From an uncultured Planctomycetota bacterium (lineage in GTDB: Bacteria; Planctomycetota; Planctomycetia; Isosphaerales; Isosphaeraceae), in contig CAWJTV010000020.1 in assembly GCA_963845755.1 (NCBI GenBank), forward strand, positions 352,001-416,000: DNA of 64,000 nt. Direction: 5' to 3'. Every line of letters starts with the position of its first letter. Within the stretch, counting starts at the first letter, position 1. Under the pieces are notes generated by a model. It was given only the letters and a program-made list of their open reading frames with translations. It did not search any database and was not told the DNA's origin. Both the position numbers and the translations under genes were made by a program. Below, piece by piece: positions 55,360-64,000 of the stretch.

Positions 55360-56494
55360 TCATGACGCGACAGCTCCCGGCGGAATCCCGAAGAGTTGCA
55401 CCTGGCCAAGCTCGGGTTCAGCCAGTAGGTTCGCGCTAATCTGTAGCAGGAGCACCGGTTGACCGGTGAGACGGTCCGACTTGCCTGTAAGCTCGTAGGT
55501 CGAACTGGATGAGTCGGACTGCGGCGAACGCCACCGCCCGCCGCAAGAACCCGCCCTCCTCGGCAACCTCGAGACCGGCCGCCGCGCGAATAACCAGCCC
55601 ACAAGGCACGTGATGCGGCCCGCAACTCGTCCAGCGGGACCCGCGCCCGTGCGGTCATCTCCTCGGTGGTCAGCTCATCGGAGAGCGGCATCGAGGAGAC
55701 CCAGAGGACCAGGAAATCCTGCAAGGCACCCGCCAAATCCCATGCAGGATCGCCGATCCGGACCATCTCCCAATCGACGATCCACAGCTCGATGGCGTCA
55801 ACTTCCTCGTCCGCCCGCGGTGACCTGACCAGCACGTTGTCGAACCGGATGTCGCCATGGATCACCGTTTCGGGCCGCCACGACCGCGTCAATCGCTCGA
55901 GGTGTTCGACGAAACCCGCGTTGGCCTGAAGAATCCGCAGGATCTCGAGGTCAGCCCGGCTCAATCCGGCGCAATTCTCGGGCCCCGGTTGGTGAAAAAC
56001 TAGGATTGAGGGCAACGCCGGGGGAGCCAATCCAGACGTGGATCGCGTTCCGGATCCATCAGGCGAAAGTCGCGGTGGAGCGTACCCAGGGCTTGACCGA
56101 GTTCCCGAGCCGCCCGGAGGCTATGGCACCGGCCGCCGTGTTCCGCCGATTTGATCTGAAGCGTCGTGGCATCGGAGATCAACTCGAACACGAGAATGGC
56201 ATCTTCGACACAATTGTGCACAAGCCGCGGAAGAAAATGTGTCAAAGCGGTCGCGGCCGGCTCCTCCCGGCAGAACGTGTGGAATAACAATTCGCGACGA
56301 AGCGTCGCATGGCCGCCATGTGACAGGTGGTCCGGCTGTTTGATCAAGAAGCCCACGCCTTCGGGGCCGTCAACCCTCAGATTCCGATTTCGCCGCGAGA
56401 CGCTGCGGATGGTCAAGGTACCGTCGATGATCCATGCGACTTCGATCAGTCCCCGCTCGAGCAGGAAAGGAACGACACTGTCCACATCAAGCAT
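55360..56494 (-). CDS. APH/choline-kinase-fold phosphotransferase (class V LanK/TvaC-like); frameshifts near 56020, 55590, 55500
   Basis: SRRNRN, FLIKQ, IHGDIRFDNVLV, IVDWEM..IGDPAWDLAG; ATGA overlap with downstream HopA1-LanC start. Confidence 0.85.
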
Positions 56495-56626
56495 CGCGGG
56501 ATGTCTCACGGATGCGGGATTTGCCCCATGACGGTCTCAGTTACAGGCGGGTGTAACCGCATCATTTCGGTCGACAAACAAGCACGACCTGGCGCGGCGG
56601 TGCGAGGGGTGATGCCGCCGGTTTAA

Positions 56627-57137
56627 TCAGTCGAGAAGGCTCCGGATGGGCGAGATCACCGAAGGTGATGGCCTAGGAGTTGGCGTCGGGGAAGAGCAGG
56701 CGGCTTCGCTCGGTACTGGAAAGAGTCCCGACGCGAATCCAAGGACGTCGGTGTTTAGCGCAGACTTGATCGAATTAGCCGACACGATAGAGCCTCTCAG
56801 GAATGACGCCTCGACCGACTGGACGAGCTTGAGGGGCCCATCCAAGTTGACGACGATCCTCGTCGGCTGGGTTTCATCCGACGGGTCGAACGGCTCGAGG
56901 TATAGGATCTTGCCCTTGGGCACCTCGACATAAGCCTGGAACCTCAGATCAAGGTAGATGCGAACCAAACCGTTCGGATCGGTGCGCACCGAGGAACCCG
57001 ACCACTACGACGGTTTCGCGTGGCTCGCCGGAATCCTGCAAGATCCTGGCAACTAGCGGATGTGGAGTGAGAACGACGCCCTGCGCGCCAGGGTAGGACG
57101 GTGTCCCCTTGCTGCTTGGATCCTGCTTATCAGCCAC
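56627..57137 (-). CDS. Candidate RiPP precursor with large leader and Ser/Thr/Pro-rich, one-Cys C-terminal core (~169 aa after removing 1-nt insertion near 56988)
   Basis: ORFs 56949-57137 and 56627-56989 join as ...VVVVGFLGATDPNGLVRIYLDL...SFLRGSIVS...SEAACSSPTPTPRPSPSVISPIRSLLD; first gene upstream of kinase. Confidence 0.6.
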
Positions 57138-57354
57138 AGCTCGTCCCTCACAACGTCCGAGGGGGATCTACTCGAGAAGCATGACTACCATAATCATGTT
57201 GCCTGGATCTTCGAGAATATACAGCGTCGTTAGGGATGTCGCAATAGAGTCGTTTCCCGATGGTTAATCTCGCCGCACCGATCGGTGTCATCTAAAAGAA
57301 TAATACAAATAGTTTCTATCATCTTCTTGTATCGCAGATTCCAAGGCGGGGCGA

Positions 57355-60300
57355 TCATGGAATCGTCCGCGCGACACGCATCCCGACATCGGGCTCGAAG
57401 GCTGCTGCCTCGGCCCAGGCTTGATTGGCAGATCGTAGTCCGAGCGAGGCCCTACGGAAGGAGGAACCGCGAAGGATGCGGTTTTCACGAAGGACCGTTT
57501 CGCCAAGAATCTCGTCCGCGATCATGCGGCCCGGAATGATGGCAGATTCCGATTGTCGATCGTGACACCACTCGATCACGTTGCCCAACAAATCGAACAG
57601 TCCCAAGTCGTTAGGAAGCAAACTGCCGCAGGGGCGAGTTCGGTGTCCACCCTTGACGCCCGCATTGTCCAGATACCACTCGTAATACGAGAGCAACCCG
57701 GGGGGACTGCCGAAGTAGCGGGACGTCACGGTTCCAGCCCGGCACGCATACTCCCACTCCGCTTGCGTCGGGAGGCGATACCCGCCAGCAGCCACGGCCT
57801 CGGCATCAACACGCATCCCTGCCGCATATTGGCCTTTATCATTCGGCAGGTAGCATGGTCGTAACTTTTCCTTCGCGCCGAGCCAGTTGCAATAGGCAGC
57901 GGCTTCGTACCAGGTCATGTTGGGTTGGGGGCAGTCCGGGGTGGGACTGTACTGTACCTCGTACCCGTGACGCCTCTTATGCGTCTCCATCGTGTATGTC
58001 TGGAAGCTCTCGACGTTCACCTCCCTGGAAGCGATGGCGAATCGCCGGGGGATGAGTCGTCGATGGAACGGTTTGAAATCGCCTCGAGTCGGTTCGGAGC
58101 GCGGCGAGCCCATGTCGAACAGAGCCGGGCCGTCGATGAGGACCATCGTCTGGCCCTCCCGGTTGACGTACCAGCGCCGGCGGATCGCTTCACCGGCCCG
58201 AGGTGGCTGTCCGGGCTCGAGATTGAGCCGATCGACGTACCCCCATCGTCTCAGGACCAGCTCTGCCGACGAGTGGACGCCTCCGTCAGGATCGTTTCGA
58301 TACAACTTGATCAGAGTCTGGATCAATCGAGATGGTTCTTCGGGGCCGAGGGCCGTCTTCGGATACGCCGCCAATGCCTGGATGAGTGCCCGTTGCCGCG
58401 AGATCAACGGGTCGAAGAGGTAAGAGTTCTTCTCCGAGACCGCTCCCACGTCCTCGCCAAGTCGCTCGAGCTCCACCGCGAGGATCGAGGGGTCTGCGCC
58501 ATAGGGTGCGAGCGCAGTGATGAAATTGCTTCGCACTTCCGGGTCCTTGCTGTGTTCGAGCAACTTCCAGACCTCCTTGTCGGAACCCAGGCGGACCAGG
58601 GCTACTGCCGCTCTTGCCCGGCGCGGATCGCCGAGTCGCGGCCATGCCGCCTTCACTCGGCTGGTGGCCCTCCTTTCCGGAAGCCGGAGACACGGCGGGG
58701 CTCATCCTGCCCATCGAAGCGGGCTGCGTAGACTCTAATTCCTTATGGAGGTCCAGGAGGACTGCCGCAGGATCTCTTTGGATCACGTTGAAAAACAGGG
58801 AGAACGCCTTAGGATCCGCATCGAGCATGACATCGAGCAGATCATTCGGTCTGCCGGCGGCGTAGCGGGACAGAAACTCGGTCGCCAGGTTATGTTCGCC
58901 CTCGGGACGGCCTTCATCGCGAAAGATCCGTTTCAAGGGATCCAAGAGGTAGAGATGGACGCTCGACATGGCATCGAGCCAGCCTTTCGCGTCGAACTGC
59001 CCCCGACCATCGCGCCCGCGACGATGTCGGCGACCTCCGACCAATGCCGATTCGTCGCGTCGTAATCTGCCAGGAGGCCCGCCAAGGGGAGGATCCGGTT
59101 GTCGCCGGGCCTGGCACCCCGCAAGTCACGCCACGACCGATCGAGCAGCATGCCCCGATAAGGTCCCAGGCAAACCCGGAGCACCGCCATCTCGCTCGAG
59201 TCGACGACCGTGTTGGGCGACTTGTCAGGGACCAGGTAGTTGTAGAGGTAATCGACCGGCTCGTCGTTGAACGCAAGGAGAGCGAGGCTGGCGTGAAGCT
59301 TCTGTTTGGTGCGATTCGGCGCCTCGAGGACGATGCGCCTGAGCTCCGGATAGGTCCACCGTCGGAACGCCCAGATCTCGTGAACGATGTCGGGCACTTC
59401 GGCGATCTCGGCCGTGAGGAGCTGTTGCATCAAACCAGCGGCATGGGTTTCCGCGTTGGCCTCGATGAATCGATGACGGATCATGAGTCCCGCGACGAGG
59501 AGGCCGGCGAGCAGGACTGCCCCACCGAGGCCACGGAGCCCGATAATCCAGTCCGCCCGCCTCATCATCCGGCCCTGAGACTCGGTCCACCCCTTTGGCT
59601 TCGTCAGCGACCGGATCGAGAGCCACTCCACGGCCGAGGGCAGGTAACGGTCCTCCGGCTTGGCGTTCCACATCGCCGCGCGCTCCGCCAGCCGGAGTTC
59701 AGCCCGACCTTGGCGGGTCTCGCGTTGCTTGCGCGTCAACCAGTCGCGCAAGGCATGGACCAGGTAATCGTGTGTGAGTTGGTAGCAGCGGCCAGCCGCC
59801 GCGTGAGACGGCATGTCCTCATCGATCGAGCCCTCGGGATCGACGGGTGTGATCAGCCGAAGCTCATTGTCAAGCATGCGGATCAGGTCGATGAAGTCCG
59901 CGCGGGCGATCTCCGTATCCCGATAGACCTCGCAGTTCCTCGATCGATCGCATCCGCCCTTTGATATCCGCGTTCGACTCGGGCAGGAGCGCCTTCAGGA
60001 CGGCCTGCGCCGCCTTCTGGTGATATCGGTGATTTGGGTTGGCTCGCGGCGAGCTGAAGGTCTCCTCCAGGAACGTGACTCCGACTCCGTCCATGCCGCC
60101 GACTTCCCGCAAGGTTGCAGGGACCCAAGCCTTCCTCTTGACCATCTCGGCGAACAGTGCCAGCCGAACCGGGACGACTCGACTATCCTGCGCCAGCCCG
60201 TCGACCGCCTGATCGAGGAAGGCGCGCTGCTCACGGGTAAGGTCGTCGGCCCGCGGCGGCAAGGCTTCGTAAGCGCGCCCGTAGGCCGCCAGGACCTTGC

Positions 60301-62300
60301 GGGCGTGCTTCGGATCGAAGAGGTCGACAGCCGCGACGTTACGATCGGGGACCAGGTCGATCTCGAGGTCTCTCATCAATCGGGTCGCGGCCATCCAGAA
60401 GTCGTCGCGCACGAGGCAGAGGGCCTGGAGATGTTCGCCGTCGCATTGCCGCAGCGCCGCGACCAACTCGGCTGCCGGCTCACCATGATGGGCGAAAAGC
60501 CACTGCTCGAACTGGTCGAGGACCAACAAGACCTTCCGGTCGTGCGTGATGCCCTGGCCGCGCCGGAGGCTCGCCAGCGATTCGACCAGCCCGACGTCGG
60601 CGGGCAGGCTGGGAAACCGCTTGCGGACGCCCCGGAGCAATCGCGCCTCCGTCTCGCCGACGGTCGACTCGACGTAGACCGTCGCGACGTGTTGGCCTAG
60701 CATGGGCAGCAGCCCCGCCTTGACGAGCGACGACTTGCCGCAGCCCGATGGCCCGTAGATGAGCCCGACTCGGAACGTCCTGTCCGGATCGGTTGCCTCA
60801 ATCCGCGTCTTCCAGAACCGCAGTCCTTCGGGGAGCCCTTCGCGATCGCGAGGGCCGGGGAGGAGCTCGAGGAAGAAGTCGGCATCGTTTTCGTCGAAGG
60901 ACCCTAGCCCCTTCGGGACGATCCGGATCGAAAGGAGGATCGAATCCGATGATGCCGGGATGAGGGTCGGCGAGCCTTCGGTCGTCGTCGGTGTCGAGAC
61001 GGTCTTTGCTGCTGGGCTCACGCCGTGCATCGACATCGTCCGCAACTTCGATTCGAGGAAGTGCCGCAAGTCCTCGGCGAGGTCCCTGGCGGTGGCATAT
61101 CGCTCGGAAGATCGTTTGGAAAGCGATTTCAGGCAGATCCGCTCGAGTTCCCGGGGAATCGTGTCGTCGATCTGCCGCGGCGGGCGGGGCTCGGCGTGGA
61201 TGATCTGCTCCATGACCTGGTCCTTCGACGAACCCCGAAACGGTCGGCGGCCGGTCAGCAGCTCGTAGAGGACGACGCCGAGGCTGAAGATGTCCGAGCG
61301 CCCGTTCGACGCGATGCGCTTCACCACGCGCCTGCTCCGGACTCATGTACGCCGCCGTGCCAAGGTGGCGCGATCCCTTTCCCAGGTTTTCCTCCTTCAA
61401 GGCCAGGCCGAAATCCGCCAGGTATGGTGCACCGTGGGCATCGAGCAGGATATTCGCGGGCTTGATGTCCCGGTGAAAGAGGTCATGAATATGAGTGTAG
61501 TGCAGTGCCTCGCAGAGGACCGCGATCATCTCGGCGGCCTCGGCAACGGCAAGCCGTCCGCGACGAAGCCGGGCGGCGAGGTCGCCCCCATCCATATACT
61601 TGGACACCACGTAACAGTGGCCGTCCTCGGTGCGGCCCACGTCGTAGACCGGCACGATGTTCGGATGGGAGAGCCGGGCGATGATCCGGGCTTCCTCGAG
61701 GTAGGACTCAACATCCAGGAACCAAGACGACTGTGAGTGTACCGGCTTCTTAATCGCGACGTCGCGGTCGAGCTCGGCGTCGTGCGCCAGGTAGACTCGC
61801 CCGAACCCGCCCTCGCCGAGGACCCGGATCACCCGGTATCGGCCGATGGAACTCGGACATGGGTCCGGCCCGGTCTTGTTCGCCGCTCGGTCACCGTCAT
61901 CTCGGGCCAGAACAGGCGGGTCCGACGAAGGATGTCCCGGAAGGACTCCCGGATCGGCCACGGGTTCCACTGGTGAGTGCTTCAGGAAGGCATACAGCCG
62001 TTTCTGCCGTTCGGTTCTTTCACGCAGCGCTTCCAACAATTCGGGGTCATTGACACCGAGAGACTCCGGGGAAGCGTCCTCGCCGCGACCATAGCGCTGT
62101 TCCCACTGCGCGAGGAAGTCGAGAAGACGGTCATCCCGGTCATCGCTGGGCCCCATCCATACTTCGCCACGCTCGATCTTGGGCTTGCGCAGGGACTCCC
62201 TTTGGGTGTCCTCGCTCGTGGACTGCGCGGGGGTCTCACCGGCCTGGGCGCCGGCCTCAATTCGGGGAGTGGGCTGTGAGTCCGCGTCGGGGTCGTTCAT
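57355..62300 (-). CDS. Ser/Thr kinase - nSTAND1-like P-loop NTPase - TM - helical region - FGE/sulfatase-modifying-factor domain protein; several frameshifts (~61315, 59895, 59000, 58660)
   Basis: LGEGGFG, HRDIKPANILL, DFGLA, YMSPEQARG; PKGL.SFD, GPSGCGKSSLVKAG, LDQFEQ; RLPTQAEWEYACRAG, FDLLGNVIEWC, GMRVART. Confidence 0.85.
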
Positions 62301-62329
62301 CGGCCGCTCCGCTCGATCGTCCCGTAATG

Positions 62330-62592
62330 TCAGAAGGGTGTATTCGATCCATCCAGCCAGTGCGCGGCACGGTCGCTTCCAGGGCGACGACCAGCCGCAT
62401 CCAGACCTCGCTGACGACGCTTTCCAGGTCGTGACGGCCGTGCAGGCCGGAGAAATCGTCCTGATAGATCCGGGCGGCGATTCGCAACATGCGGTCGTGG
62501 GCGCGCTCCAGTAACTCGCACCGAGCCGTGATATCGCCACGGCGGAGCCGGTCGATCAGATTCTTGAGGTTAGCCGAAGTGTCGCCTACCAC
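62330..62592 (-). pseudogene. ECF-type sigma factor remnant with large internal deletion
   Basis: N-terminal LIDRLRRGD..ARCELLERAHDRMLRIA...DLESVVSEVWMRL (region-2-like) followed almost at once by HWLDGSNTPF* in another frame; no region 4 HTH. Confidence 0.6.
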
Positions 62593-62882
62593 GTCGAGGA
62601 CGCCTTTCGGCGGGATGTCCGAGCCGATGGATGTGCCGGATCGATCGCGCCTCAGGAATCCCGCGGCCCTCCATCGTAATCAAATCTGGCACACGCTCTC
62701 AACAAATCCCGGATTCTTGCAAGGTTTTTTGTCCCAGGTCGCGATACGGATTGCCTGGCGATAGTGAGCAACCCATCGAAGGCCAGGCCGCATCCGGGCG
62801 AGACCAGAGTGACGAATGAGGAGCCGACAGAGTGGATCCGAGAAGATGTCCCGTGAGAGCCCGCCGCGGAGGACGATCCCGC

Positions 62883-64000
62883 TCAGGGCAGGGTCCTGAC
62901 GGGGCGGAACCCCAGGTCGGACCGGGATCCCTCCGGCACTAACCAGAATCGGCTCCAGGAGCGGAGCGAGTCGGGGTCGTTCCGGCAGGATCCGCCGCGA
63001 AGATAGCGATATTCGCCCTTCCTCACGGTCTCGTCTGCAATCACATCGCCTTTCCCGTCGGCTGGCCGGTCCTTGAGGTTCCACCCGGTATGACGATCGT
63101 GGCACCACTCCATCGCGTTGCCCAGCATGTCGAATAGCCCGAACTCGTTGGGAAGTCGCATGCCGCAGGAGTGGCGCGGAACCCCGAGGTGTAGTCGATC
63201 GCATAGACTGCGAGCAGGTCGAGGGACTGACCATAGTGGCGGCTGGTCACTGTCCCTGCCCGGGCGGCGTACTCCCATTCGGCCTCGGTCGGCAGGCGAT
63301 AGCCGCCCTGAGCAACCGCCCTGGAGTCGAACCCGCAGCCCCTCCGCGAACGTGCCATCGTTGGTCGCCAGGTAACATGGCGGTAGGCCCTCCCGCTCGC
63401 TGAGCCAGTTGCAGTAGGCCGCGGCGTCGAAATAGGTGATGTCGACCATCGGGCCATCCGGGTCTGGGTCGTAACGCTTGGTGTACTTGTGGGGGGCCTT
63501 TCGCACGTCTCTTGCGAAGGTCTGAAACTCCTCGATCGACACTTCCTTGGAGGCCATGGCCAATCGGTGCGAGATCCGTTGTCTGTGATATACCTCCTCT
63601 TCCTGACGGAGCGGGTCCATCGGCGGGGCGCCCATGTCGAAGTCGACCCGGCCATCGATGAGGATCATCGTCTGGCCAGCCCGATTGACATACCAGCGGC
63701 GGACGATCGGTTCTCCCGCCCGAGGCGCGCCCCCGGGCTCAAGCTTCAGTCGATTCTGGCGACCCCAACGCCTCAGGATCAATTCCGCCGCCGAGTGGAT
63801 GCCGGCGTCGGGGTCGTTGCGGTAGAGGTCCTCCAGGGTTTCGAGCAGCGCGTCGCGCTCGCGAGGATCGGAGTCGAGCGCCACCTTGGGGAATCCCGCG
63901 AGCGCCTGGATCAGCGCCCGGCTCTTCGATCTGGCCCGGTCGAAGAGGTAATCGTTTTTCCCTCCGCCCAGGCCGGGCCTGGCAAGTTCCATCGGGGCGT
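62883..64000 (-). CDS. C-terminal FGE-domain part of a paralog of the 57355-62300 gene (runs off window); frameshifts near 63330 and 63185
   Basis: LYRNDPDAGIHSAAELILRRWG, RRWYVNRAGQTM, YRLPTEAEWEYAARAG, FDMLGNAMEWC, LGFRPVRT. Confidence 0.85.
   Translation of the reverse strand, partial: APMELARPGLGGGKNDYLFDRARSKSRALIQALAGFPKVALDSDPRERDALLETLEDLYRNDPDAGIHSAAELILRRWGRQNRLKLEPGGAPRAGEPIVRRWYVNRAGQTMILIDGRVDFDMGAPPMDPLRQEEEVYHRQRISHRLAMASKEVSIEEFQTFARDVRKAPHKYTKRYDPDPDGPMVDITYFDAAAYCNWLSEREGLPPCYLATNDGTFAEGLRVRLQGGCSGRLSPADRGRMGVRRPGRDSDQPPLWSVPRPARSLCDRLHLGVPRHSCGMRLPNEFGLFDMLGNAMEWCHDRHTGWNLKDRPADGKGDVIADETVRKGEYRYLRGGSCRNDPDSLRSWSRFWLVPEGSRSDLGFRPVRTLP

Larger units (their letters stand above)
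51517..55363 (-). pseudogene. HopA1-like lyase (LanY-like) fused to LanC-like cyclase, interrupted by IS4 at 53658-55149; extra frameshift near 52285
   Basis: N-part MTPVHDD...YLRPSPPPLT joins in frame to QRDELAE...; HopA1-like LSAANAG.G.W..GW, VRYYWHL, FQVKVL, RADAGVIYL, LFTKRLADGLGFAEDP..SFGEHRC; LanC LYGGSAG, GISHGAAG, AWCHGAPG, PCHGLGG, SLMLGTAG. Confidence 0.85.

Noticed and set aside
57355..64000. Diversity-generating retroelement targeting the FGE (C-lectin fold) domains
   Set aside because: No reverse transcriptase and no template repeat differing only at adenines visible in the window

Overview
High-GC window whose gene repertoire (Ser/Thr kinase-nSTAND-FGE proteins with an ECF sigma, HEAT proteins, GTAG-type REPs) suggests a planctomycete, probably Isosphaeraceae-like (inference). 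Single-base indels split many genes, including conserved ones, which points to long-read consensus errors rather than mass pseudogenisation. 1-37 kb: mostly housekeeping and envelope genes (GlcF-like Fe-S protein, SDR, pyrC, sucC/sucD, amidase, leuS, Hsp70-like protein, prs, AAA+/vWA pair, ArnT-like transferase, serine hydrolase, rhomboid, HlyD-like protein plus two tandem paralogs). 37.4-51.3 kb (minus strand): a full group 1h-type (high-affinity) [NiFe]-hydrogenase cluster with hypABCDEF, gmhA-like SIS gene, NifU-like and conserved accessory genes. 51.5-57.1 kb (minus strand), the most interesting part: a three-gene class V-like lanthipeptide/RiPP locus. It holds a ~169-aa candidate precursor with a Ser/Thr/Pro-rich, single-Cys tail, an APH-type (LanK-like) kinase, and a HopA1-like lyase fused to a LanC cyclase. 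The fusion gene is split by a 1492-bp IS4-family element with terminal inverted repeats and a perfect 10-bp target duplication; removing it restores the frame. 57.3-64 kb: a kinase-nSTAND1-FGE gene, an internally deleted ECF sigma gene and the 3' end of a paralog. No rRNA, tRNA or CRISPR array was recognised. Family names are from motif recognition, not database searches.
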